From Anaerolineae bacterium (lineage in GTDB: Bacteria; Chloroflexota; Anaerolineae; Aggregatilineales; Phototrophicaceae), in assembly GCA_034435595.1 (NCBI GenBank), contig DAOTXA010000300.1, positions 1 to 46,360 on the forward strand: 46,360 nt of DNA. Reading direction: 5' to 3'. Below are positions 27,893 to 37,432 of this stretch, one piece after another (within the stretch, counting starts at the first letter, position 1; every line of letters starts with the position of its first letter). The position numbers were made by a program, and so were the translations under genes. Below the pieces are notes generated by a model. The model saw only the letters and a list, made by a program, of their open reading frames with translations. It was not told where the DNA came from and searched no databases.

Positions 27893-28900
27893 ATGAATCT
27901 GGAATCGAATTATCTTGGTTTGAAACTGCGGTCGCCGTTGGTTTGCTCGGCATCGCCGCTGACGGAAGATGTGGAGAATCTACGTAAGATGGAAGATGCG
28001 GGCGCAGGGGCGATCGTCTTAAGCTCGCTCTTTGAGGAGCAAATTAAAGAGGAGCGTTTGCGCCTGAATGAAAGTATGCTCGAAGGTACAGAGAGCTTCG
28101 CCGAAGCGTTGTCTTACTTCCCTGAACCGGAGTCGTATCATAAAGGGACGGATGACTATTTGGATCGGATTCGCAAAGCGAAACGAGCAGTGGATATACC
28201 AGTCATCGCCAGTTTGAATGGCGATTCTATCGGTGGTTGGACCGACTTTGCATCGCAGATGGAACAGGCTGGGGCCGATGCGCTAGAACTCAATGTGTAT
28301 TATATTCCTACAGATATGGAACTCAGTGGTGCAGAGGTTGAGCAAACCTATATCGATATTCTAAAAGCAGTGAAAGGGGCGATTAGCATTCCTGTGGCGG
28401 TCAAGGTTAGCCCGTTCTTTAGTAGCACGGCTAACATGCTTAAGCAACTTGACGATGCTGGTGCAGATGGCCTGGTATTGTTCAATCGCTTCTATCAGCC
28501 GGATATTGATCTGGAAACCCTGGAGATCGTGCCGAATGTTTTACTCAGTACGCCCGCGGCGTTGCGATTACCATTGCGGTGGATTGCTATCCTTTATGGG
28601 CGTCTTCAAGCAGACCTTGCTGCAACAAGCGGGGTTCATGCTGGGGAGGATGCTATCAAAGTCATTATGGCTGGGGCAAAAGTCGCTATGATGACATCTG
28701 CATTGCTACGTCACGGCATCGAACATCTGCGTGTGATTGAGAATGGTGTGGTCGAGTGGATGCAGCAGCATGAATACGAGTCGATTGAACAGATGCGCGG
28801 CAGCATGAGCCAGATGCATTCAGAAGACCCCTCAGCTTTTGAGCGTGCGCAGTATCGTCGTGCTATCACGACGTTCCGCCATAAAGCTCCTCGTCTCTAG
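27893..28900 (+). CDS. Dihydroorotate dehydrogenase-like protein (non-canonical PyrD paralog)
   Basis: Class-1 DHOD-like TIM barrel (LKLRSPLVCSASPLT, IPVIASLNG, ADALELN, IPVAVKVSP, DGLVLFNR, AATSGVHAGEDAIKVIMAGAKVAMMTSALL). The catalytic LSCPN loop reads VYYIP instead. It starts 8 nt after nifJ. Confidence 0.85.
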   Translation: MNLESNYLGLKLRSPLVCSASPLTEDVENLRKMEDAGAGAIVLSSLFEEQIKEERLRLNESMLEGTESFAEALSYFPEPESYHKGTDDYLDRIRKAKRAVDIPVIASLNGDSIGGWTDFASQMEQAGADALELNVYYIPTDMELSGAEVEQTYIDILKAVKGAISIPVAVKVSPFFSSTANMLKQLDDAGADGLVLFNRFYQPDIDLETLEIVPNVLLSTPAALRLPLRWIAILYGRLQADLAATSGVHAGEDAIKVIMAGAKVAMMTSALLRHGIEHLRVIENGVVEWMQQHEYESIEQMRGSMSQMHSEDPSAFERAQYRRAITTFRHKAPRL

Positions 28901-28912
28901 CTTCGAATAGCT

Positions 28913-28956
28913 TTGAATCAATAAGGCTGGACGATCGTCCAGCCTTATTGATTCAA
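28913..28956. terminator. 44 bp perfect palindrome, probable bidirectional terminator
   Basis: TTGAATCAATAAGGCTGGACGA|TCGTCCAGCCTTATTGATTCAA has a GC-rich core flanked by A/T runs. It lies between the convergent DHOD-like and GT2 genes. Confidence 0.75.
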
Positions 28957-28978
28957 TATTTCCAAACAAGCTGGCAAC

Positions 28979-30079
28979 CTACATATCCATTATCGCCTGG
29001 GTGACTTCTTCGGCTGCCTCAACTTCCTCATCCTGCTTCTTCTGCGAAGCGTCGAGCCGATAGCGTACGCTATAGGACGGATGACCCTGTGGATTGTAAT
29101 AGGTTCGCATGACGATCTCTGCCACAAGACCAATGCTAATCATCTGTACGCCGAGAATTACGAGCAAGATCGCTAGCAAGAGAAGCGGACGCTCAGAGAG
29201 GCTCATATCCAATACGAGACGCTCGTAAGATAGCCATAGACCAACAATTGTACCGAGGAAACCAAAGAAGAAACCCATCGTTCCGAAAATATGCATTGGT
29301 CGGCGTGCATAGTTCAAGAGGAACAACACGGTTGTCAGGTCGATGACGACGCGGAATGTACGTCCAATTCCATACTTGCTGCTGCCATAGCGGCGTGCGC
29401 GATCGTTGACAGGCACCTCTGTGACTTTAACGCCCATTGAACTAGCGACGGCGGGGACGAAGCGGTGCAGTTCACCATACAGTTCAACGCCCTTGGCGAC
29501 CGCGTGGTCGTAGGCTTTTAGGGTACAGCCATAGTCGTGCAGATGAACGCCGGTCGTTGCGGAAATAAGCTTATTCGCAGTTATTGATGGCAGGCGACGG
29601 GTTAAAAACTTTTCTTTGCGGTCGGCTCGCCAGCCGCTTACGATATCGTAACCCTGTTCCCACAGTTCAAGTAACTTGGGGATGTCTCGCGGATCATTCT
29701 GGAGGTCTGCGTCAATCGTGATAACAACTTCGCCACGAGCTGCATCAAACCCGGCACTCATCCCTGCAGTTTGGCCAAAATTGCGCCGAAAACTGACGAT
29801 GTGCCAGCGATTATCGACTTCATGAATCTTGCGTAGGAGCGGAAAACTGCGATCTTTACTGCCATCATCGACAGCCACAATTTCATAGCTTCGCCCGATT
29901 TCAGTTAACGCCTCAGTGAGTTCTTTGTAGAGGCCCTCTAAATTCTCTTCCTCATTATAAATCGGAACAACGACAGAGAGTTGAGGGTTTTCTACTGCCG
30001 CGGCTTCCTGAAGGAGCGACAGATCGAAAAGAGGAGTTCCATCCGATTTCTTTTCGTTGTGCGTGTTGTTTTCTGACAT
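28979..30079 (-). CDS. GT2 polyprenyl-phosphate glycosyltransferase (GtrB/ArnC/DPM1-like) with C-terminal TM helices
   Basis: GT-A core LSVVVPIYNEEENL, VAVDDGSKD, TIDADLQNDP. The C-terminus has two hydrophobic helices (TTVLFLLNYA.., LLLLAILLVILGVQMISIGLVAEIV), the architecture of lipid-carrier sugar synthases. Confidence 0.85.
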   Translation of the reverse strand: MSENNTHNEKKSDGTPLFDLSLLQEAAAVENPQLSVVVPIYNEEENLEGLYKELTEALTEIGRSYEIVAVDDGSKDRSFPLLRKIHEVDNRWHIVSFRRNFGQTAGMSAGFDAARGEVVITIDADLQNDPRDIPKLLELWEQGYDIVSGWRADRKEKFLTRRLPSITANKLISATTGVHLHDYGCTLKAYDHAVAKGVELYGELHRFVPAVASSMGVKVTEVPVNDRARRYGSSKYGIGRTFRVVIDLTTVLFLLNYARRPMHIFGTMGFFFGFLGTIVGLWLSYERLVLDMSLSERPLLLLAILLVILGVQMISIGLVAEIVMRTYYNPQGHPSYSVRYRLDASQKKQDEEVEAAEEVTQAIMDM

Positions 30080-30463
30080 GCGACTGATTATGCCCCCTTA
30101 CGGACTCAATATCGGCGTTTGAAACAATTCGCCTCGCCTCAGACCGTAGTATATACAAGATACTTATTAGTTTGGGTGTAACTGAGTTGGTCTTTTGCGA
30201 TATTTCGCAAAATTTTCATAACTATTGAGAGGCAAAGACTTATGCCTGTGTGTGCAGGAACAGCGTATACTAAATAAAGAATAGACGCAAGCACAAAGAG
30301 AATTGACTCTTTGCCTCGATTGACAGTCCGTTTGTCAAAAGCGAAAAACTTATGAAAAGTGTCAATGTAATAAGATGAATATGATAATGCTGTGCTACGC
30401 TTGAGCCGCTTTACTATAAGCTAAGTGTGTTGGAGTTTTCCAACAGAATAACATTATCCAAAG

Positions 30464-31252
30464 ATGGGTGTTCAAAGGACGATCAAAATGCAAAAAACCG
30501 ACCTCAAAACGAAGAACATCCTCTCTGATGAGAAAAAATCGAAGGCGCAAAAATATCAAGAACTCATCATTGGTAAAACGGGATGGGGGAGCCTGATCAA
30601 ATACGAGTTAATCATGCTGATTTGCAGCACACTACCCGGTGTCTTGGGTTTGTTTCTTCGTAGCAAACTGTATCCGATGTTACTTGGTAGCTGCGGCAAG
30701 GGTGTCGTATTTGGTTCAAATGTCGTGTTGCGTCATCCTCACAAAATTCATGTTGGTGATGACGTGGTAATTGATGACAACTGTCTGCTAGATGCGAAAG
30801 GCGTAAGCAACTCAGGCATCAAACTTGGCAACGGTGTGTTCATCGGTCGAAATTCGATTCTCAGTTGTAAGGATGGAGACATCGTACTCGAAGAGAGCGT
30901 GAATATGGGCTTTAATTGTGAGATTTTCTCGGCAAGCGAAGTTGTCGTGGGGCGTAAGACCATGATTGCCGCATATTGCTACCTGATCGCTGGTAATTAT
31001 GATACAACTGCCGGAATCCCATTTGCTGACCAGGATGGTTTTGGGTCTGGTGTAGGCGTCCACATTGGCGAATACGCCTGGTTAGCTGCCGATGTCAAGG
31101 TGCTTGACGAAGTAACCGTTGGTGAGCATACGGTTGTTGGTGCCGGAGCCGTCGTGAATCGATCATTGCCCCCGAATAGTCTGGCAGCCGGCATCCCTGC
31201 GAAAGTGATCCGTGAACGCCAGTCTACCCACTCTGAAAAGTCCGAAGCCTAG
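30464..31252 (+). CDS. Left-handed beta-helix (hexapeptide repeat) acyl/acetyltransferase
   Basis: Hexapeptide-type repeats (IHVGDDVVIDDNCLL, GIKLGNGVFIGRNSIL, VHIGEYAWLAADVKVLDEVTVGEHTVVGAGAVV). There is an N-terminal hydrophobic segment. The alternative ATG at 30488 has a better RBS (AAGGA). Confidence 0.8.
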   Translation: MGVQRTIKMQKTDLKTKNILSDEKKSKAQKYQELIIGKTGWGSLIKYELIMLICSTLPGVLGLFLRSKLYPMLLGSCGKGVVFGSNVVLRHPHKIHVGDDVVIDDNCLLDAKGVSNSGIKLGNGVFIGRNSILSCKDGDIVLEESVNMGFNCEIFSASEVVVGRKTMIAAYCYLIAGNYDTTAGIPFADQDGFGSGVGVHIGEYAWLAADVKVLDEVTVGEHTVVGAGAVVNRSLPPNSLAAGIPAKVIRERQSTHSEKSEA

Positions 31253-31278
31253 CCTCGCTGAGTTCAGGAGTATTCTGT

Positions 31279-32340
31279 ATGTCTGTCAACGAAACGCAAC
31301 AATCTGCCAAAGAGAAGAATAGACTTCGGCAATTTGCCTTCACCGTAGTAAAAGTCGTGATTTCGGCAGGGCTGATTTGGTTCATCTTGCGAGATACCAG
31401 TGTTGAGGAAGTGTGGAACGCGATCCAGATGGCAAATCCCTGGCTGCTGGCGTTGGCGTTCTCATTGCATTTCATCGGGTTCCTTGTCAGCGCAATTCGT
31501 TGGAAAGGATTGCTTCGCGCTCAGGGTGTAGATGCGACAATCCCGTTCTTGTTCAATTCTTATGTTGTCAGTGCATTTTTCAACAATTTGCTACCTTCCA
31601 CAATAGGTGGTGATGCAGTCCGTGCATATGACTCGTGGCGGCTTGGGCAAAGTAAATCCGATGCAGTCGCAGTCGTGTTTGTGGATCGTTTCCTCGGCAT
31701 TCTGGTGCTGATGGCTTTCGCACTCGTAGCCGTGCTGTTTTCGAATACCATTACGGAAGATGCGCCTTCGCTATATCTCTGGGTTGTTGTTGGATCGGTT
31801 GGTGTCGTTATCATCTCGTGGATTATGTTCATTCCTTCGCCACGGTTGCCACGATTGATTGAGGCTTTACCATTGCCTGGAAAAATCAAGGACAAACTCG
31901 TAACGATTGTGCGTGCATTCCTTTCTTTTCAGGGGAAGAAGCGTGTTCTTGCCGAGGCGATGTTCTGGTCTGTGGCGCTACAAGCCAACGTAGTCTTGCA
32001 TTATTGGCTGATTTCTGAGGCCATGGGGCTAAACGTGCCCTGGTACAATTTTTTCTTGATTGTTCCGCTGGCGACATTCGTCATGATGATCCCGATTTCA
32101 ATCAATGGTTTGGGCCTTCGTGAGACGGTATTCGCCTTTTTCTTCGCGCCTTTCGGCGTCGCAAACTCTGCTGCTGTAGGGTTCTCATGGATTGTGTATG
32201 GCATGGTGGTGCTACTGGGCGTGATCGGCGGAGTCATCTATGCGACACGCCGGGAGACACGCCTCGAAATACCTGCCGAAGCACCGCCCGACACTGCTTC
32301 TATTCGATCTGATGGTGTGGTTAGTGAATCTGTTCATTAG
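31279..32340 (+). CDS. Flippase-like UPF0104 / lysylphosphatidylglycerol-synthase-TM-region family membrane protein
   Basis: Polytopic membrane protein with the family hallmark IRWKGLL.......FFNNLLPSTIGGDAVRAY. An AGGAG RBS is present. Confidence 0.7.
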   Translation: MSVNETQQSAKEKNRLRQFAFTVVKVVISAGLIWFILRDTSVEEVWNAIQMANPWLLALAFSLHFIGFLVSAIRWKGLLRAQGVDATIPFLFNSYVVSAFFNNLLPSTIGGDAVRAYDSWRLGQSKSDAVAVVFVDRFLGILVLMAFALVAVLFSNTITEDAPSLYLWVVVGSVGVVIISWIMFIPSPRLPRLIEALPLPGKIKDKLVTIVRAFLSFQGKKRVLAEAMFWSVALQANVVLHYWLISEAMGLNVPWYNFFLIVPLATFVMMIPISINGLGLRETVFAFFFAPFGVANSAAVGFSWIVYGMVVLLGVIGGVIYATRRETRLEIPAEAPPDTASIRSDGVVSESVH

Positions 32341-32364
32341 GAATTTTGGGAGACAGTAACGATT

Positions 32365-32913
32365 ATGCCTTCACCTATTGCTCATGCTGCCATGGGACTT
32401 GCAATTTACGAAGTAGCTCGGCATCATATGGCTGATAGCGACGAGTCTCAACGCATTGGACCTATCTCAGGGCTGATGGCGGCCACAATTGGATTTTCAC
32501 TTCTGCCAGATGTTGATGTCGTTCCAGCGATATTGACCGGTAACTTTGCCGCATTCCACAATAACTTTACACATAGCTTGTTTTTCGGTTTGCTGATGGC
32601 ACTGTGCTTTGCGGCTACGATGTTCTTCTTGGATCGTAAGAATGTGTGGCGGTGGCTAACAGTGGCACTTGGTTGTTACTGGGTTCATGTGGGCATGGAC
32701 TTTTTGACGCCCGGACGAGGTGTCATGGTTCTATGGCCGTTTATTCCTGAGAGGCTTGAACCATCGTTCTTTGCCTTTTACGGCGTTCATTGGTCTGAGC
32801 CGCTGACAAGCACAAGGCATTTGCTTACACTTGTTACAGAGGGACTTTTTGTTTCACTTGTCGGGGCCAGTTCGATGGCATATCGTCGTATACTTTCAAA
32901 TACTACGACCTGA
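32365..32913 (+). CDS. YdjM-like membrane-bound metal-dependent hydrolase (DUF457-type)
   Basis: The 182 aa protein has 4-5 TM helices, an N-terminal PSPIAHAAMG, LLPDVDV and the His cluster FHNNFTHSLFF. Confidence 0.55.
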   Translation: MPSPIAHAAMGLAIYEVARHHMADSDESQRIGPISGLMAATIGFSLLPDVDVVPAILTGNFAAFHNNFTHSLFFGLLMALCFAATMFFLDRKNVWRWLTVALGCYWVHVGMDFLTPGRGVMVLWPFIPERLEPSFFAFYGVHWSEPLTSTRHLLTLVTEGLFVSLVGASSMAYRRILSNTTT

Positions 32914-32917
32914 CAAA

Positions 32918-33676
32918 ATGCTCTACTTCACCGATGAGGAGGTTATTCCTGTGGTGGCATTCCCTGAAACCGCAGATATTGAAACGTCATCCGACGATTA
33001 CGCGACTCGATTCGCTGGTGACATAGGCAAATGGTTCCTGAAGTTACAGGAAGATGCAACACTTAAAATGCTCAAGCCTTATCCGGGTGCTACGATACTT
33101 GACGTTGGAGGCGGTCACGGACAAACCACAGAAGCTTTGGTGAAGGCCGGATACAAAGTGACTGTGCTGGGTAGCGATGAGAGTTGCAGGTCGCGCATTC
33201 AATCTTTTGTGGATATGGGACAGGTAGACTTTAAAGTCGGTAATGTGATTGATCTGCCTTATGAAGCACGTTCGTTTGACGTTGTGTTAAGCTATCGTTT
33301 AGTCCCGCATGTTGAACGGTGGGAAGAACTCCTCACAGATTTCACTCGCGTTGCTGACAAAGCGGTTATCGTTGATTTCCCTGAAAGCTTGAGCTTTAAT
33401 GCCATCACGCCACTGTTGTTTGGCTTCAAGAAGAAACTTGAAGGGAACACGCGAGAATACACGTTATTCCGCCGTAGTCAGCTGATGGATGTATACGAGC
33501 ACAACGGCTTTCAGTATTCGGCACGTATCCCTGAATTTTTCTTGCCGATGGTATTGCATCGTAAGCTGAAGAATGTGCGCATTTCTAGCTTCATGGAATC
33601 AATCTCCCGCCTGACTGGATTAACCCGATTGTTTGGGTCTCCAGTGATATTGAAGGTAACTCGGAAGGACGGATAG
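32918..33676 (+). CDS. Class I SAM-dependent methyltransferase
   Basis: The start is trimmed to ATG 32918, 4 nt after the upstream stop. Motif I is ILDVGGGHGQTT, post-I is VTVLGSDE and motif II/III is FDVVLSYRLVPHV. Confidence 0.75.
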   Translation: MLYFTDEEVIPVVAFPETADIETSSDDYATRFAGDIGKWFLKLQEDATLKMLKPYPGATILDVGGGHGQTTEALVKAGYKVTVLGSDESCRSRIQSFVDMGQVDFKVGNVIDLPYEARSFDVVLSYRLVPHVERWEELLTDFTRVADKAVIVDFPESLSFNAITPLLFGFKKKLEGNTREYTLFRRSQLMDVYEHNGFQYSARIPEFFLPMVLHRKLKNVRISSFMESISRLTGLTRLFGSPVILKVTRKDG

Positions 33677-33679
33677 CTC

Positions 33680-34888
33680 GTGCGTATTCTCTTTTTGTCT
33701 CCTCAACCACTCTATCAAGATCGTGGTTCCTCGATTGCTAATAAACTGATTATCGAAGTCCTCTCTGAGCGTGGCGAGGAAACAGATGTAATTACGTATG
33801 CCGAAGGCAAGACGGTTGAGTATCCACATATTACGCTGTTGCGAACACCGGACTACAACTTTTTGCGTGGCATTCGTCCCGGTTTCAGTGCAAAAAAGAT
33901 CGTCTGCGACATCTTCATGTTTTTCAAGGCAGTTCGCTTGTTGGTGCGTGGTGAACGGTACGATGTCGTCCATGCTGTCGAGGAATCTGCCTTTATCGCG
34001 TTATTGTTCAAGTGGTTCTTGCGGATTCCGTACATATATGACATGGATTCGTCACTCGCTCAGCAAATGGTAGAGAAGTATCCATCGCTCAAGTTTGCGT
34101 CAACAGCACTCAATTTTTTTGAGGGGGTCGCAATTCGCAATGCGACAGCGGTTATCGTTGTATGTGATGCGTTAGGGGATATTGCGAAAGAACATAATCC
34201 CAAGAAGCTGATTACCTTGCGTGACGTTCCATTGTTAGATGATGATCCTGTGGAGATCACCGAGGATTTGCGGTCTGATCTCGGTATCGACGGTCCCATA
34301 TTGATGTACGTCGGCAATCTTGAGAGTTATCAGGGGATCGATTTGCTGGTTGAAAGCACCGCAAAGGCGACACAGGAAACGGTCACACCATTCCACGTTG
34401 TTGTTGTAGGTGGGGCAGATGCTGATATTGAGAAATATCGCGCAATGTCGGTGGATAAAGGCATTAGTGATCGTATTCATTTCATTGGCCCACGTCCCAT
34501 CGGCGACTTAAAGATGTACCTTTCGCAGGCCGATATTCTGCTATCCCCCCGCACCAAAGGTAACAATACGCCGATGAAGATTTACTCGTACCTTTATAGC
34601 GGAAAGCCGATTGTCGCGACAGATTTGTGGACACATACGCAAGTTTTGACGACAGACGTTTCAGTATTGGCAGACCCTGACACCAATGCATATGCTGGTG
34701 GAATGGTAAAATTGGTAGAGGATGCGGCCTTACGAGACAGACTTGGTGGCGCGGGTAAGCAACTCATTGAAGATCATTACAGCTATGAGGTTTTTCACGA
34801 AACCCTTACCGGGTTGTTGGATTGGTTGAACAGCGAATTCGATTCGTCATCAAAAGGTGTCATCGCTACATCTGCCGGATCATCATAA
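33680..34888 (+). CDS. Glycosyltransferase family 4
   Basis: GTG start with a GGAAGGACGG RBS. The N-terminus is MRILFLSPQPLYQDRGSS and the C-terminal GT-B signature is DILLSPRTKGNNTPMKIYSYLYSGKPIVATD. Confidence 0.85.
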   Translation: MRILFLSPQPLYQDRGSSIANKLIIEVLSERGEETDVITYAEGKTVEYPHITLLRTPDYNFLRGIRPGFSAKKIVCDIFMFFKAVRLLVRGERYDVVHAVEESAFIALLFKWFLRIPYIYDMDSSLAQQMVEKYPSLKFASTALNFFEGVAIRNATAVIVVCDALGDIAKEHNPKKLITLRDVPLLDDDPVEITEDLRSDLGIDGPILMYVGNLESYQGIDLLVESTAKATQETVTPFHVVVVGGADADIEKYRAMSVDKGISDRIHFIGPRPIGDLKMYLSQADILLSPRTKGNNTPMKIYSYLYSGKPIVATDLWTHTQVLTTDVSVLADPDTNAYAGGMVKLVEDAALRDRLGGAGKQLIEDHYSYEVFHETLTGLLDWLNSEFDSSSKGVIATSAGSS

Positions 34889-34915
34889 AACGTCAAGAAA
34901 AGACAGGAGAACGCA

Positions 34916-36571
34916 ATGAAGCGCGATCTTGAACGGATATCCGGCGAGATGTACGATCTTGTTATCATTGGGGCCGGAATTTATGGCGCAACACTGCTGT
35001 GGGAAGCGACCTTGCGCGGGCTGAAAGCCATTGTTGTTGAAAAGGGTGATTTCGGTTCAGGCACATCTGCCAACAGCCTAAAAACCATTCATGGTGGCGT
35101 GCGTTACTTGCAGCACGCCGACATTCAGCGTATGCGCGAGTCAATGCGCGAGCGACGAAACCTGATGCGGATTACTCCGCACCTTGTTCACCCTCTCCCT
35201 GTGCTGATTCCTACCTACGGGCATGGGATGAAAGGGCGGGAGATTATGGCTGCTGCGATGATCGTGAATGATGTTTTGAGCATGGACCGTAATGTGCTGG
35301 ACGATCCACAAAAGCGGATCCCGAATGGGACGACTGTATCTCCTGCCAAAACACTTGACATTGCCCCAGGTATCAAAGAAGAAGGATTGACTGGTGGAGC
35401 AGTCCTGTACGATGCTCAAGTTTATAATTCGGAACGTCACATTCTCGCGTTCATTCGGTCCGCTGTCGAACGCGGATCGGATGCTGTAAATTATGCGCCT
35501 GTTATAGGGTTTCTTCGTGATGGAGATACAGTCTTCGGTGTTAAGTGCGAAGATCAGATTTCTGGTAGCGAAGTTGAGATTCGCGGGAAGTATGTAATCA
35601 ATACTGCCGGTCCTTGGATCAGCCATGTATTGGATATGGACGGTGGGGCAAATACGCCAGATAAGCTTAAACTTTCAATGGCGATGAATATCATCGTTCC
35701 CAATCTATTTGACACGTATGCGGTGGGAATTTCATCCACTCGAGTGTATCGCGATACCGATTCGCTGCTTGATCGTGGTAGCCGATTACTGTTCTTTTCG
35801 CCATGGCGCGGTAAAACAATGGTTGGTACCGAGTATGAAGCGTATGAAGGCCATCCTGACGAGTTTCGACTTACCGAACAGAAAATCGTTAATTTCGTAG
35901 AAGAGGTCAATCACGCATACCCTGCGGCTAATATCACACGCGATGACGTGAGTTTCGTCCATGCTGGTTTGTTACCGATGGATGGTTTGGATGAAACGAC
36001 AGGAGATGTTCGACTCGCCAAGCACTACGAAATCCGTGACCATCGTGAACAGGGTGTACAAGGGATTGCGTCTGTTGTTGGTGTGAAATACACCACGGCT
36101 CGCGATGTAGCCGAGCGTGTTATGAACTGGGTTTTTGACCGCATTTGGGAAAAAACTGCGCCTCGTTCCACATCGGCAATTACACCTTTATGGGGTGGCA
36201 ATATAACGCGATTTAATGATTTTCTGAATCGAGAGATTCGCCAGCAACCATGTGGCCTGGGCGAGGAGGCAGTACGTTGCCTCGTATACAACTATGGTTC
36301 TGCATATTCCAATGTGACCCGTTATTTGGATGGCCCTGTTGACGAGGGGGATCGACTTGCGCTGGCTGCTGCCGAAACACGTCATGCTGTACACGACGAG
36401 ATGGCGCAACATCTTGAGGACGTGATCCTGAGACGTACCGAATTGGGTTCTGCTGGATACCCCGGTGATGATGTACTTGCCGAATGCGCGAGAACAATGG
36501 CCGAAGAACTTAACTGGGATGATGTCCGCAAGCAGCAGGAAATCGACAAGACGAATGCCCGCTTCTACTAA
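34916..36571 (+). CDS. GlpD-like FAD-dependent oxidoreductase (DAO family plus C-terminal helical domain)
   Basis: YDLVIIGAGIYGATLLWEATLRGLKAIVVEKGDFGSGTSANSLKTIHGGVRYLQ closely mirrors the glycerol-3-phosphate dehydrogenase N-terminus. The 551 aa length includes a GlpD-type C-terminal domain. Confidence 0.8.
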   Translation: MKRDLERISGEMYDLVIIGAGIYGATLLWEATLRGLKAIVVEKGDFGSGTSANSLKTIHGGVRYLQHADIQRMRESMRERRNLMRITPHLVHPLPVLIPTYGHGMKGREIMAAAMIVNDVLSMDRNVLDDPQKRIPNGTTVSPAKTLDIAPGIKEEGLTGGAVLYDAQVYNSERHILAFIRSAVERGSDAVNYAPVIGFLRDGDTVFGVKCEDQISGSEVEIRGKYVINTAGPWISHVLDMDGGANTPDKLKLSMAMNIIVPNLFDTYAVGISSTRVYRDTDSLLDRGSRLLFFSPWRGKTMVGTEYEAYEGHPDEFRLTEQKIVNFVEEVNHAYPAANITRDDVSFVHAGLLPMDGLDETTGDVRLAKHYEIRDHREQGVQGIASVVGVKYTTARDVAERVMNWVFDRIWEKTAPRSTSAITPLWGGNITRFNDFLNREIRQQPCGLGEEAVRCLVYNYGSAYSNVTRYLDGPVDEGDRLALAAAETRHAVHDEMAQHLEDVILRRTELGSAGYPGDDVLAECARTMAEELNWDDVRKQQEIDKTNARFY

Positions 36572-36590
36572 TTACGATAGGAAAGATTAA

Positions 36591-37424
36591 ATGACGGTAG
36601 AGCAAGCAATCTCCAGTGAACAGGAACAAGACGAACGGATTAGTTTTCCGTTAAAGCTATTTGGAAAGTCTGTACTCAAGCAGCGCAAGTATAAGGAACT
36701 CAGTGCAATGCTTGGCCCAGTTGGTGACCGGACATGTATTGACATCGGTTCCGATAACGGTGTGATTAGCTATCTGTTTCGCCAGCAGGGTGGTACATGG
36801 AAGAGTGCTGATCTCGATGATCATGCTGTGCATGCTATTCGGTCAATGGTGGGAAGTGATGTTTATCAAATTGATGGCGGAAAAACTCCCTTTGCCGATA
36901 ATGAGTTCGACGCGGTAGTGATTGTGGATTTTCTGGAGCACATCTCGGATGATAAAGGTTTTATGCAAGAGATGAAGCGAATCCTAAAACCAGGCGGCAC
37001 CGTGATTATGAACGTGCCGCACCTCAAAAATAGCCTGTTAAGGCGATTCCGCCTCCTTATCGGTCAGACGGATGAGAAACATGGTCATTTGCGCCCCGGT
37101 TATACGCCTGCGATGTTGAAGGACCTTGCTGGTGCCGACTTCACCATTCAACGTCATCATACTTACTCTAAATTTTTCTCCGAGTTCATCGACACTATGA
37201 TTGTGTTTGCTGTCTCGGTGCTGAAATCGCTGAAAGGTGAAAAGGCTGACTCGCAAAAGGGTTTAGTGGTCACAGGTGATGATCTGAGCGCGAATAAGTC
37301 GATGTTCAAGATTTATTCGTTGATTTTCCCAGTAGTTAAAGTGTTCTCCTTGCTGGATAATCTGCTGTTTTTCCGCAAAGGGTACATGTTGATTGCCAGC
37401 GCAACTAACAACAAACAGGAGTGA
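36591..37424 (+). CDS. Class I SAM-dependent methyltransferase (Methyltransf_11-like)
   Basis: Motif I is CIDIGSDNGVIS, followed by FDAVVIVDFLEHISDD and ILKPGGTVIMNVP. A hydrophobic C-terminal tail is present. Confidence 0.8.
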   Translation: MTVEQAISSEQEQDERISFPLKLFGKSVLKQRKYKELSAMLGPVGDRTCIDIGSDNGVISYLFRQQGGTWKSADLDDHAVHAIRSMVGSDVYQIDGGKTPFADNEFDAVVIVDFLEHISDDKGFMQEMKRILKPGGTVIMNVPHLKNSLLRRFRLLIGQTDEKHGHLRPGYTPAMLKDLAGADFTIQRHHTYSKFFSEFIDTMIVFAVSVLKSLKGEKADSQKGLVVTGDDLSANKSMFKIYSLIFPVVKVFSLLDNLLFFRKGYMLIASATNNKQE

Positions 37425-37432
37425 GCGCAGCG

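Noticed and set aside
32831-32917. A 5' extension of the methyltransferase ORF that overlaps the YdjM-like gene by 83 nt.
   Set aside because: The extension has a non-ATG start and an odd sequence (LQRDFLFHLSGPVRWHIVVYF). The ATG at 32918 sits 4 nt after the upstream stop and gives a normal methyltransferase N-terminus.
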